This document shows, piece by piece, positions 8,207-17,874 of a stretch of DNA of 26,436 nt (the first letter of the stretch is position 1; each line of letters opens with the position of its first letter). A program made the position numbers and the translations under genes. Below the pieces are notes generated by a model. The model ran no database searches. It saw only the letters and a list, made by a program, of their open reading frames with translations, and had not been told where the DNA came from. Source of the DNA: Methanobacteriota archaeon (GTDB taxonomy: Archaea; Halobacteriota; Bog-38; Methanoflorentales; Methanoflorentaceae); contig CAVRAO010000003.1 in NCBI GenBank assembly GCA_963719035.1, positions 1 through 26,436 of the forward strand, written 5' to 3'.

Positions 8207-9697
8207 CTACTTCACGGATCGATATCGCGCAATCACATTCGCTACCCGATAAGAAGCATTTGAATCATGTTTATAGAGAATATCGAAAAGGTACTTTTCA
8301 GTGTTTTTCTTTATTTCTTCTCGAAGCTTCTGATCACGCATCAAGCTAGAGATCGCTCGTGTAAAACCAGCTTCATCATAAGCCCCGATTGCCACGCCTC
8401 TAGCGACATAGTCGACAATCTCGGCGTGCTGAGACAGGTTCAGCTCAACCAGGGGTTTGTCGAAAAGCAACCCTTGGATACCCGACGTCGAGTTTTTAAC
8501 CACCATGATGTCGCAAGCGTTTATAAGAAGTTCGATATCTTCTGCCGCGTCTCTCACCTCGACGCTGGAAAATCGCTTCTGCAATTCGACATAATGCGCA
8601 AAACCACTGACTTCAGCAGGGTGCGGCTTTATCACTAGGTTGATGTTGCGTACGCGTGTCAATAGATCGGCAAATGCGCTGATATTTTTTCGCTTTTCAC
8701 TATCAGAAAAAGCGTCGAATTCGGTGGCCCACAAGACAGTAGGAGCGTCCGGCATGCTGGTTCGAACGTCCCTCGCGTCACTTTTTATCGTGGGTATTTG
8801 ATCAAATCGCGGCTGACCCGTCACGATGACAGTATTCACGTCGAGAGAAAAACGCTCTTTTAAACGCTTGAAGAAAGGGCCGCTCACACAAAACTCGTCG
8901 GCCTTTCGTTCTGGAGGAAGCATTTGTGAATACAAAGCCGCTCTGTAGTACTCCTGATCCTCATATAGCAATGCTGACTGAACAATCACGTGATTGATGG
9001 CCACTCCAATAGGTTTCGTTCTAAACAACACGTCATCGTTCACAATTAGAATACGTGGTTCTACCTTCTTCAAAAACCGCTCAAAACACAGATTCAAGGT
9101 GCAAAAGACGAACAGGCGCTTCAGTCCAAATATGAAATCGAAAATCTGTCGGTATTTATGACCTATGGAGTTTCGTAACAAGAGATACCTAACGTATACA
9201 AGTGCAGATAAGATTAGAGAGCGAAAGAAGACTAGAATTGTGAAGCAATCTGCTATTAGGCTGTAATTGTCGCATATTTGATCGCTATAACGGTCTTGAC
9301 TGAACTGTGCAACTAACAGAGCAGTCGTGCGTTCGTGCGCGACACGATGTATGATGTCATCAAACAAGTAATCCTTAGTGACTAGGTCTTTAGCAGATTT
9401 TGGGCGATAACGACTAAGAAAGACGGCTTCCTTTTTTGCTAGGGGCTTTTTTCCTCTGAGCAAGGTGAGACACGCCTTAATCAGCAGACAATAGTCGGCT
9501 ACCCCCCGTTTCTTCTTGACGAGTGCTTGATTAGAAGATAAAGCCTCCGCAAACGACAGATCGTGTTCGAACATACGATAACTGATAAAAAAGTTGATAA
9601 AATGGTCGTATAGCTTGTACAGCCCAATTCTGGTGTTCAGCAACGCTTTTATCGATTGAGGAAAGAGCTCATCTGTCGCGATCATGCGGCTTCTCAC
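8207..9697 (-). CDS. GT-B fold protein with TagF/capsule-biosynthesis-like C-terminus; candidate nonulosonate transferase
   Basis: 496 aa. Motifs VIVTGQPRFD, LVIKPHPAE, LINACDIMVVKNSTSGIQGLLFDKP and DSNASYRV. Divergent from neuA. Start is GTG 9697 or ATG 9685. Confidence 0.75.
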   Translation of the reverse strand: MRSRMIATDELFPQSIKALLNTRIGLYKLYDHFINFFISYRMFEHDLSFAEALSSNQALVKKKRGVADYCLLIKACLTLLRGKKPLAKKEAVFLSRYRPKSAKDLVTKDYLFDDIIHRVAHERTTALLVAQFSQDRYSDQICDNYSLIADCFTILVFFRSLILSALVYVRYLLLRNSIGHKYRQIFDFIFGLKRLFVFCTLNLCFERFLKKVEPRILIVNDDVLFRTKPIGVAINHVIVQSALLYEDQEYYRAALYSQMLPPERKADEFCVSGPFFKRLKERFSLDVNTVIVTGQPRFDQIPTIKSDARDVRTSMPDAPTVLWATEFDAFSDSEKRKNISAFADLLTRVRNINLVIKPHPAEVSGFAHYVELQKRFSSVEVRDAAEDIELLINACDIMVVKNSTSGIQGLLFDKPLVELNLSQHAEIVDYVARGVAIGAYDEAGFTRAISSLMRDQKLREEIKKNTEKYLFDILYKHDSNASYRVANVIARYRSVK

Positions 9698-9802
9698 AGC
9701 GCTTTCTTGCAGGAATCACGCTATTAGTTACGTGTCTTAGGCCATAGGCACAAACATCGTGATTCATTGGCTGCGCTGTCAGCATTAAGCTTGACAATGT
9801 TC

Positions 9803-9812
9803 TATATATAAA
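9803..9812 (-). promoter_or_regulatory. Putative TATA box for the GT-B gene
   Basis: TTTATATATA on the minus strand, about 105 nt upstream of the start. Confidence 0.45.
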
Positions 9813-10080
9813 TGGAGCATCGCGCCTTTTACAAATCAAGTTGTGCTTCCTAGGTCACTCGTACAGGCACGGTCGCTTAAGCCAAATCTGACAGCTTTAG
9901 CGCTGACGTTTAGGGGAACGACTGTCAATTGATTAGACAAACATGTTTCGACAACGCGCGCGAAAGCAGATTTTTCGATGTCTGCGCCACATTCTTGGTC
10001 GTGCTTGTACAAAGCAAACGGACAGTTTTCACCCTGTAGATTGATTGTGTTCTGAAGGACAATTTGAGCGGTCGCGGTAC

Positions 10081-10089
10081 TTTAAATAA
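10081..10089 (+). promoter_or_regulatory. Putative TATA box for neuA
   Basis: TTTAAATAA, 60 nt upstream of ATG 10150. Confidence 0.5.
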
Positions 10090-10149
10090 GGTTGCCTAAA
10101 TCATAGGAACTGCAAGGCCGTCTTCTAGCTGCCAATCTGCACATCAGCT

Positions 10150-10872
10150 ATGACAAAAGACATTAACATAAACAGGAACGACATTTTAGCGATAATTCCG
10201 GCCCGCAAAGGAAGCAAAGGGCTTCCCGGAAAAAATATCAGGTCGTTCTTCGGAAAGCCCCTCATAGCTTGGACGATTGAAGCCGCTAAGTCAAGCCGGT
10301 ATATAGGGAAAGTAATTGTCAGCACTGATAGTGAAAGAATTGCGCAAACGGCGCAGAGTTTTGGTGCCGAAATACCGTTTTTGCGCCCGCACGAACTGTC
10401 AACTGATGATTCTGATATGGTGGGTGTCGTATTACACGCTTTGGACTTCTTTGAAAAGACAGGGTACAGGCCGAAGCTGTTGATTTTGCTCCAGCCGACG
10501 TCGCCGCTTAGGCTTGTTGAAGACGTCGATAGCGCTATTGAGCTATTTCTAGCTAATGATTGTGACGCCGTTATAAGTGTGAGCAAATCACAGCATCCGA
10601 TTTTTTGGACGTTTAAGATTTCGCAGAACTACTTGGATCCAGTTTTTGAAGATCGTTTCTTGGCGATGAACAGGCAGGAACTGCCGGACACCTATACGCC
10701 GAATGGAGCGATCTACCTGGTCGCAGCCGACACATTTTTGAACTACAAAAGTTTTTACGTTAGGCGAACCCGCCCTTTCGTAATGCCATTTAAACGAAGT
10801 ATCGATGTCGACGATGCGGATGATTTCTTCTTGGCAGAGCGCCTAATGGCAAACCGTATCACAAGTAGGTAG
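10150..10872 (+). CDS. neuA: CMP-nonulosonic acid synthetase (acylneuraminate cytidylyltransferase, NeuA/LegF)
   Basis: AIIPARKGSKGLPGKNIR, FLRP, LLQPTSPLR, PNGAIY, SIDVDDADDF. Confidence 0.93.
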   Translation: MTKDININRNDILAIIPARKGSKGLPGKNIRSFFGKPLIAWTIEAAKSSRYIGKVIVSTDSERIAQTAQSFGAEIPFLRPHELSTDDSDMVGVVLHALDFFEKTGYRPKLLILLQPTSPLRLVEDVDSAIELFLANDCDAVISVSKSQHPIFWTFKISQNYLDPVFEDRFLAMNRQELPDTYTPNGAIYLVAADTFLNYKSFYVRRTRPFVMPFKRSIDVDDADDFFLAERLMANRITSR

Positions 10873-10919
10873 TGTATTCCACACTAGCGCGATAGAAGTG
10901 GATCATCGGTGGCCGCACG

Positions 10920-12314
10920 TTACGCGGGCCTATAGTACCGCGGATCCTTGTAATTGGTTATTAACCCTTGATCGAGTTTGCTTGCTATTTCTTGCACGCC
11001 ATCTTCGATGGTTTTGCGAGGCGCATATCCAAGCATATATGAAATCTTATCACACGATACGTGGTAATTCCTCGTGTCAGTGGCTTCTGCACTTATCGAC
11101 AAATCCGCTTTTGGATACAGACGCTTAAGGATATGCCCAACGCCAATAATCTGCTGGTTTGTTGACACCACGTTGAAGATCTCTCCCTTTACAACCGTCA
11201 ACGGAGCTCCTAAACAAAGCAGATACGCCTGAACCGCGTCTTCGAGGTGCAAAAAAGGCCTCCACTGATCTCCGCCATAAATGGTGATTACCCCATCCAA
11301 GAGCGCTTTGGCAGCGAGCGTGTTCACGAACAAATCAAAACGCATGTTGGGGGAATACCCAAAAAGTGTCCCCATTCTCAGTATCATAGGTGAAAAGTTG
11401 TCGTCGACTGCGCTCAGTACGGATTCTTCACATTTGACCTTGCTTTGTGCATAGAGTGAGACGGGATTTAAAAGTGATTTCTCGATCAACTTTGATTCTG
11501 GGCTCAAACTTTGACCATAAACGCTGCATGTTGAAGCGAATATAAACCGGTTTATCTGAGCGTATTTACAGGCGTCGACAAGGACTTTCGTTGCTAGATA
11601 GTTGATCTCGAGCGTCTGCAAGGGGTCCGCTGAGCAAGCAGCGTCTCCAACGATACCCGCCAAATGGATGACGACGTCCACTCCCTCTAAGGTCTTGACA
11701 ACCGTAGATATGTTGCGCACGTCCCCTTCAACAAAGCCAAAATTGTCGCGCGAATCGAGAGCTTTGAGTCCCTCATTTCCACAGCTCAGATTGTCTAGGA
11801 CTTTGACCGCATAGCCTTCCCGTAATAATCGGTCGCACAGCACGGAGCCGAGATAGCCCGCGCCGCCGACGACCAACACCGTGTGGTCGCTCCCTGCCCG
11901 CTCTGGTCCAGATCGGATTCTTCGACTGCCAAATTCCTCTGACACACACATTATTTGGACAATCTTGTCGTTGACATCGAGCACAGGAATCACGATAGCT
12001 CTCTGCTCAGGAAACTTGGCCCTCACGTGTTTACTGTTTAACATTTGCTTTATCTGGGCTTCTGTCCAGCTGTCGTGCAGAGCTATCGGGTTTGCGTTCA
12101 TCACGTTGCTTATAGGATTGTTGAAGTCGATCCCACTGAGTATGCCCCGCCGTATGTCGCCGTCAGTGACGAGTCCTAACAATTGGCTTTGCTCGTTGAC
12201 GACAAAGGCAATGCCTAAACCCGCGTTGTCAATAGTTCGCATCACTTCCTTTATAGAGTGATAAAGCCGTGCGAAGAATTTGTCGATTCCTTGTTCAACA
12301 AGCGAGATTTGCAT
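10920..12314 (-). CDS. CBS-domain pair fused to NAD-dependent epimerase/dehydratase (extended SDR)
   Basis: N-terminal CBS pair (GIAFVVNEQSQLLGLVTDGDIRRGIL; IPVLDVNDKIV). The SDR part has GGAGYLGS, FASTCSVYG and YAQSK (YxxxK). ATG 12314 is preceded by GGAG and overlaps the end of the DegT gene. Confidence 0.88.
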   Translation of the reverse strand: MQISLVEQGIDKFFARLYHSIKEVMRTIDNAGLGIAFVVNEQSQLLGLVTDGDIRRGILSGIDFNNPISNVMNANPIALHDSWTEAQIKQMLNSKHVRAKFPEQRAIVIPVLDVNDKIVQIMCVSEEFGSRRIRSGPERAGSDHTVLVVGGAGYLGSVLCDRLLREGYAVKVLDNLSCGNEGLKALDSRDNFGFVEGDVRNISTVVKTLEGVDVVIHLAGIVGDAACSADPLQTLEINYLATKVLVDACKYAQINRFIFASTCSVYGQSLSPESKLIEKSLLNPVSLYAQSKVKCEESVLSAVDDNFSPMILRMGTLFGYSPNMRFDLFVNTLAAKALLDGVITIYGGDQWRPFLHLEDAVQAYLLCLGAPLTVVKGEIFNVVSTNQQIIGVGHILKRLYPKADLSISAEATDTRNYHVSCDKISYMLGYAPRKTIEDGVQEIASKLDQGLITNYKDPRYYRPA

Positions 12315-13431
12315 CACAAAACTCCGCAATCGTACTCGCCAAATAGTCTATCTCTCCGCTAGACAGGGTGGGATACATCGGCAATGTCAAAACCTCTTTT
12401 GCTACTCGTTCGGTGGTGGGCAGTCGGCACCTGTAGCTGAGCACCTTCGAGTAAAAATGCGTCAGATGGACGGGTTCAAAATAAACCCGGGTCGTTATGT
12501 TCTTGCCGTTCAAATGTTCCTGTAGGCTGTCTCGAATGAAAGGGACCCTAATCGTGAACATTTGATAGATGTGCCAATAGTCGTGCGGCGCAACGGGCAA
12601 TCCTATGGCCTTGATTTTGGCGAGCGCTTTGATGAGGTACGCCGCGTTTGCTCTCCGAAGTCCAATGATCTTATCTATCTTTTTTATTTGTGAGATTCCT
12701 AACGCGGCTGCAATATTTGACAGGCGAAAGTTGTAGCCGAGCGCTACATAGCCTTGATACTCAGCCGACGCAAAATCGTCTTGCGTGTCCAGCCTTCCGT
12801 GAGAGCGTACGAGCTTCAAAGTCTCATATATGTCTTTGGAATCCGTTACTATCACCCCACCTTCACCCGTCGTGATGACTTTCGGAGCGCAAAAGCTGAA
12901 CATAGCTGAAGCGCCGAATGAGCCAACTTTCTGATGATGCACAGTTGCGCCGAGCGCTTCTGCGGCGTCTTCTATGAGGGTAATATTATGGTCATCTGCT
13001 ATCTCTCTTAATTCATTGATTCTGCAACTGCACCCCCCGTAGTGGATCGGGATTATCGCTTTTGTTTTGTTGGTAATTCTCTCTTTAACATCTTCTGGGT
13101 CTAGTCCAAACGTAGCTTCTTCGATATCTGCAAAAACGGGCTTCGCGCCGGTGAAAAGTGGCGCATTTGCTGTAGCGATCATCGTGAAGGAGGGGACGAT
13201 CACCTCATCTCCGTCGCCGAAGCGATGAGACGCAAGAGCGGCGTACAACGCCGACGTTCCGGAATTGAACGCTACACAGTATTTTCGATCTACGTAGTTC
13301 GCAACCATATCTTCAAAGAGTGTGATGTTTGGGCCAGTTGCCCAGTTCATCCCGGACTTGATGACCTCTGCAACGTTGGCGACGTCGTCATCGTCCCAGT
13401 AGATTTTGAAGAGGGGTAAGCTGTATGACAC
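12295..13431 (-). CDS. DegT/DnrJ/EryC1/StrS PLP-dependent sugar aminotransferase
   Basis: NSGTSAL, GDEVIVPSFT, IEDAAEALGA, SFCAPKVITTGEGG (PLP lysine), GYNFRLS, LTLPMYP. Confidence 0.93.
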   Translation of the reverse strand: MSYSLPLFKIYWDDDDVANVAEVIKSGMNWATGPNITLFEDMVANYVDRKYCVAFNSGTSALYAALASHRFGDGDEVIVPSFTMIATANAPLFTGAKPVFADIEEATFGLDPEDVKERITNKTKAIIPIHYGGCSCRINELREIADDHNITLIEDAAEALGATVHHQKVGSFGASAMFSFCAPKVITTGEGGVIVTDSKDIYETLKLVRSHGRLDTQDDFASAEYQGYVALGYNFRLSNIAAALGISQIKKIDKIIGLRRANAAYLIKALAKIKAIGLPVAPHDYWHIYQMFTIRVPFIRDSLQEHLNGKNITTRVYFEPVHLTHFYSKVLSYRCRLPTTERVAKEVLTLPMYPTLSSGEIDYLASTIAEFCDANLAC

Positions 13432-13437
13432 TGCTGC

Positions 13438-13845
13438 TTACTCCTTGCTTTCAAGACTTCGTACGGTCTTGATAGGCACTCCTAGCGCTAGGACATTAGG
13501 AGGTACACTTTCATTTACAAAGCTGAGTGCTCCAATGATTGAATTCTCCCCTACGACAATGCCCGGCATAATGACGGAATGGCTCCCAATCCTGCAATTC
13601 CTCTCCAAGATGACTTTTCCTTCCTTGTTGTCAATGGTGGATATTGAATAAATACTGCAATGAGACCCTATCTGCACGTCATCCTCGATGACTACGCCAA
13701 ATTGAGCGTTTATATAGGTGAATGCGCCAATATCGACGTGCTTTCCAAGTTTCAAATTGTGACTGTGCTGGCACATCCAGTTCCATCGAGTCATTCCTTG
13801 CGCGTCAAACTCGGGGTGCTTCCATTCTTCAAACCTGCGTCCCAT
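13438..13845 (-). CDS. Short hexapeptide-repeat (left-handed beta helix) acyltransferase
   Basis: LGKHVDIGAFTYI, IEDDVQIGSHCSI, IGSHSVIMPGIVVGENSIIGALSFV, GVP. Confidence 0.88.
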   Translation of the reverse strand: MGRRFEEWKHPEFDAQGMTRWNWMCQHSHNLKLGKHVDIGAFTYINAQFGVVIEDDVQIGSHCSIYSISTIDNKEGKVILERNCRIGSHSVIMPGIVVGENSIIGALSFVNESVPPNVLALGVPIKTVRSLESKE

Positions 13846-13860
13846 CTCTGCTCAGCTTCT

Positions 13861-15003
13861 TCAATATGTCATTTGTTTGCTTAGGAGCTTTTCGTCAATA
13901 CGCACCGCACTCAAAACGTGCGTAATTCTTTTGCTCGAACTCCCGTCGCCATACGGACTCTCGCTTTTTTGTACCTGTTCTAAAAACTGAGAATCGTATA
14001 ATGCTTTGTTGATCGCCGTAGTGATGTCTTGTTTGTTGTATCTCGCATCAATTACGTTAGCAGTTCGCTCTCTCTCGTCTTGCCGCGTTCCGATATTGAC
14101 GCACGGTACGCGGAATGACGGCGCCTCTATAAGTCCGCTGCTCGAGTTGCCGACAATAACGCTCGCGTGTTTTAACAAGCTCAGGTACTCAATGCGAGGC
14201 AAGCTCTGAAAAATCCTGAAGAGGAGGTTATTCTCGTACGCTCTAATGAGATCTATCATACTCCGCCCACCCACATCGGCATTAGAGTAAACAATGATTG
14301 CTTGCTTTTTTAAATCGCTTACTGCTTCGAGGGTCTCCTTAATTTGCCGTGCGGCATCATCGCATTCGATGGTGACAGGATGCTGAACGACCAGCAGAAA
14401 TGGCTCGGCAAAATCCAAATCGTACTTTGTTGCAAGCCGTTCTCTGTCCAACAACGTGGCATTTAGGATCGTATCAATAGCAGGTGAGCCGACCTGATGG
14501 ACTCTCCACGCTTCTTCGCCCATACGCAATATTCTGTCTGCGCTTTTTTTCGTCGCAGGAAAGTGAATATGAGACAACTTGGTGATCGCGTGCCTCACCT
14601 GTCCGTCAACTGTAGAACTGAGATCTCCTCCGTGTATATGTGCGACAGGAATGGTGAGGTACGCACCAACTATCGATGCGCCGAGCATTTCTGGTCTGTC
14701 GCCAAAGATTAGCAGAATATCTGGCTGTATGTCAGAAACTGCCTTGACAAGTTTGGTTATGAGCTGGCCGACGAAAGTCGCCATCGATTCCTTATCATCC
14801 CGCTCGAAAATCGCATCTACAGGTTGAACCGAAAAGTCATCGTTTATTATCTCGCGAATTGTCAATCCAAATTCGGGCATGAGGTGCATGCCAGTAGCAA
14901 CGACGGTGAGCTCAAGTGTGGGAGAGTCCTGTATGGCATTCAACACGGGCGCCGTAGCACCATAATCAGCCCGCGAACCAGTTACGCATAGAATGTTCCT
15001 CAA
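13861..15003 (-). CDS. neuC: Hydrolysing UDP/GDP-sugar 2-epimerase (NeuC/LegG)
   Basis: VTGSRADYG, TGMHL, GDRPE, HIHGGD, RHAITKLSHIHF, GNSSSG, NIGTRQ, YGDG. The likely start is TTG 15003, overlapping the neuB TGA (TTGA), with GGAG upstream. Confidence 0.92.
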   Translation of the reverse strand: MRNILCVTGSRADYGATAPVLNAIQDSPTLELTVVATGMHLMPEFGLTIREIINDDFSVQPVDAIFERDDKESMATFVGQLITKLVKAVSDIQPDILLIFGDRPEMLGASIVGAYLTIPVAHIHGGDLSSTVDGQVRHAITKLSHIHFPATKKSADRILRMGEEAWRVHQVGSPAIDTILNATLLDRERLATKYDLDFAEPFLLVVQHPVTIECDDAARQIKETLEAVSDLKKQAIIVYSNADVGGRSMIDLIRAYENNLLFRIFQSLPRIEYLSLLKHASVIVGNSSSGLIEAPSFRVPCVNIGTRQDERERTANVIDARYNKQDITTAINKALYDSQFLEQVQKSESPYGDGSSSKRITHVLSAVRIDEKLLSKQMTY

Positions 15004-16052
15004 TAGCGGATCATCTCCCAAGTGATGGTCGTGTCTTGTTCTATATCCCGTATCGCTGTTTTTCCGAGAACTGAAGCGATATACTTAGGTAGAATGCCAG
15101 TTCCAGGCCTCTTGATCTCTATCATATCTCTGGCAATTCTTGTTCTCGCAGAAATAAACCTCTTTGCAGTCAGACTTCGTCTAAGGAGAGCCTGCGCCTC
15201 CCGCTCTCCCGGGGTAAGACGCTTAACCCCATCACCCAATGCGGCTTCAGCGTCTCTGATGTTCTCCACCATCCGCTGAAAATCAACTGGATTTAGAGAC
15301 GCTTTTTGATCGGGACCTGGCAGGTTGGTATCAAGGGTAAGATGTTTTTCAAGTGCGCATGCGCCGCACGTGACGGCCGCTACAGGGATATTCGTTGATA
15401 ATGTATGATCTGAAAAGCCAGTTGGGATCCTAAATGCCTCAGTTAGGGTCCTAATTAATCGTAGGTTTAGGTCTCTTATTGCAGCTGGATATTCGGACAC
15501 ACAGTGCATGAGAATGACGTCACGTGCGCCTTCAGCCGTGATCGTGTTTAGCGCGTCTTCAATCTCACCAAGAGCAGACATGCCAGATGATAGGAGTATC
15601 GGCCTTTCCTTGCTTGCTATATGTTCAAGCAACGGGAGATTGGTAATTTCGCTTGACCCAACCTTAAAGGCCGGTACCTCAAGTTCGTCTAGCAGGTCGA
15701 CGCTCGACTCGTCATACGGAGTGGAGAGGCAAATCATTCCGCGCTCACGTGCGTAGTTGAACAAAGTCTGAAGATCGTCGTCTGCTAGTTCCAGTCGCTT
15801 CAAAAATTCATATTGAGAAGTCAGAGAATCTGATTTCTCTTTCTGGTGCCGCGTTGTCTCAGCTCTTCTGGTTACAATTTTGTCTGTTTTGAAAGTTTGA
15901 AATTTTATTGCGTCTGCACCCGCTTCTAACGCGGCATCTACTAGGTGCGTAGCAAGCTCGACGCTACCGTTATGATTAACCCCACCTTCCGCAATAATAA
16001 AAGTCGGTACTCCTTCTCCAACCAATTTGTTACGGATTTTTACTTGCTTCAA
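15000..16052 (-). CDS. neuB: Nonulosonic acid synthase (NeuB/LegI family) with C-terminal SAF/AFP-like domain
   Basis: IIAEGGVNHNG, ADAIKFQTF, HCVSEYP, GFSDHT, EKHLTLD, KRPGTGI; TTG start. Confidence 0.94.
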   Translation of the reverse strand: MKQVKIRNKLVGEGVPTFIIAEGGVNHNGSVELATHLVDAALEAGADAIKFQTFKTDKIVTRRAETTRHQKEKSDSLTSQYEFLKRLELADDDLQTLFNYARERGMICLSTPYDESSVDLLDELEVPAFKVGSSEITNLPLLEHIASKERPILLSSGMSALGEIEDALNTITAEGARDVILMHCVSEYPAAIRDLNLRLIRTLTEAFRIPTGFSDHTLSTNIPVAAVTCGACALEKHLTLDTNLPGPDQKASLNPVDFQRMVENIRDAEAALGDGVKRLTPGEREAQALLRRSLTAKRFISARTRIARDMIEIKRPGTGILPKYIASVLGKTAIRDIEQDTTITWEMIRY

Positions 16053-16416
16053 ACTACCACTATCCGCACTAAAGGCACCTAAATTCTTGTTCTTTATGCG
16101 ATATATTTGCTTGCGTCGTTATTGTCGTCGACAGATGGCACCCGTGGCACAACTTATGGATTGGAGGCCTTAGGCGCCGTACTCACAAGACAAAGTCTAT
16201 GTAGAAGCAAAAGCTCCAACTATCAAGTTGTTGAACGGCCGATGATACCTCGCGCGTGCTAAAGGAAGTATGAATGGTGCAGACGACACGTCATAACCGT
16301 GCGACTGATGTGGCTCGAGCAGACGCCAAACGTCACAACCTGATTTTTGCGCAGAGGCGCTTGCACAAGACCTAGATATCTAACAGTAAACGCTGATCAC
16401 GAGTTCATAAAAAAGC

Positions 16417-17874
16417 ATGGAAGAGTATAGACTCTTGGCCCAGCGACTTGGCCTCATAGCGCTCACAAATTTTGTTACTGGACTGAGCGGGCTTGTCTTG
16501 CTGCCTATAATCACTAAAAACGTCTCTAGCACTAGCTACGGTGTTTGGGTTCAGATTAGCGTTAGCGTGGCGTTGGTCTCCAGTATTGCCACTCTCGGGC
16601 TTCCGTTTGCAATTGTGAGGTTTTTGGCGGGAGAGACAAACAGAGAAATCATAAAAGAAGGATTCTATTCCGTTGTTTTTCTTGTTGCACTCATAAGTGG
16701 GTTGGTCTCGATATTCTTTTTTGCATTCGCCGTTCCCATTTCAAGCGCTTTGTTTGCGGGAGATACGGCTATTGTGCGATTACTATCCCTCCTAATCTTG
16801 ATTAATTGTATAAATGCGACTCTCTTGGCCTACCTGAGAGCTTTTCAGCAAATAAAGCGGTTTGCAATTATCTCGATCTCACAGACGTATCTAAACGTTG
16901 TGCTGATTGCGTGCGCTATTTACTTGAACTACGGGATCCTAGGAGCTGCTATCGGTGTTTTGCTCTCTCAGTTATTATGCTTTGTGACAATTAGTGTTTT
17001 AGTTTGGAGCGAAATCGGATTTAAGATTCCAGCGTTTGTGTCTTTGAAGTCCTACTTGAAGTTTGGCCTGCCAACCATACCAGATAACGTGTCGTACTGG
17101 GTTGTTGATTCGAGCGATCGTTACGTCATCGGGATTCTTCTCGGCGCCGTTTTTGTCGGGTATTATAATCCGGGGTACGTCTTGGGCACCCTTCAGCTAA
17201 TCTATATTGCCCCTCTGGCGTTCATATTGCCTGCCGCCCTTTCTCGATTGTACGAAAAGGGCCTTGTTGATCACGTGAAAACAGTGCTCCAATTCTCTGT
17301 GAAGTATTTCTTAGCAATTGCGATACCCTCGTCATTCGGTCTAGCGCTGTTATCAAGACCGCTGTTAACGCTTTTGACAACGCAAGAGATAGCGTCTTAC
17401 GGATCCATCGTAACGCCCCTCGTTGCGGCAAGCACGCTGTTGTTTGGGATTTACACCATAGTATTGCAGGTTCTGGTGCTGACCAAAAAAACCTATCTCA
17501 TAGCCGGTCTGTGGGTCGTGACAGCAGCATTGAACTTCTGCTTAACTCTAATACTCATCCCAATCGTTGGACTAGTCGGAGCGGCTATTGCAACGCTTCT
17601 CGCTTATGGACTGATTACTTCATTTGTTGTTTATCTAAGCCGCAAGTACTTGACATTTGATTTTGACCTCTTCTTTGTCGGCAAGAGCGTTGTCTCTTCT
17701 GTAGTCATGTCCTCGCTCATAGTCGCAGTGAGGCCGAGCAGCACGCTGCAAGTGATAGCCATAGTCATAATTTGCGGCGTTGTTTACAGCACGCTACTGA
17801 TCTTGCTTAAGGGCATCAATAGGAGCGAGCTTGAATTCTTCACGCACGAACTTTTGGGATTCGAGCGTAGCTAG
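16417..17874 (+). CDS. Wzx/MOP-superfamily oligosaccharide flippase
   Basis: 485 aa with about 12-14 hydrophobic segments. Motifs LGLPFAIVRFLA, LKFGLPTIP, SDRYVIGILLG, VGYY and GLVGAAIATL. Confidence 0.9.
   Translation: MEEYRLLAQRLGLIALTNFVTGLSGLVLLPIITKNVSSTSYGVWVQISVSVALVSSIATLGLPFAIVRFLAGETNREIIKEGFYSVVFLVALISGLVSIFFFAFAVPISSALFAGDTAIVRLLSLLILINCINATLLAYLRAFQQIKRFAIISISQTYLNVVLIACAIYLNYGILGAAIGVLLSQLLCFVTISVLVWSEIGFKIPAFVSLKSYLKFGLPTIPDNVSYWVVDSSDRYVIGILLGAVFVGYYNPGYVLGTLQLIYIAPLAFILPAALSRLYEKGLVDHVKTVLQFSVKYFLAIAIPSSFGLALLSRPLLTLLTTQEIASYGSIVTPLVAASTLLFGIYTIVLQVLVLTKKTYLIAGLWVVTAALNFCLTLILIPIVGLVGAAIATLLAYGLITSFVVYLSRKYLTFDFDLFFVGKSVVSSVVMSSLIVAVRPSSTLQVIAIVIICGVVYSTLLILLKGINRSELEFFTHELLGFERS

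Noticed and set aside
16238-16310. C/D box sRNA (GATGAT...CTAA...TATGAA...CTGA)
   Set aside because: Boxes C, D' and C' are all degenerate, and the second guide of about 30 nt is too long.
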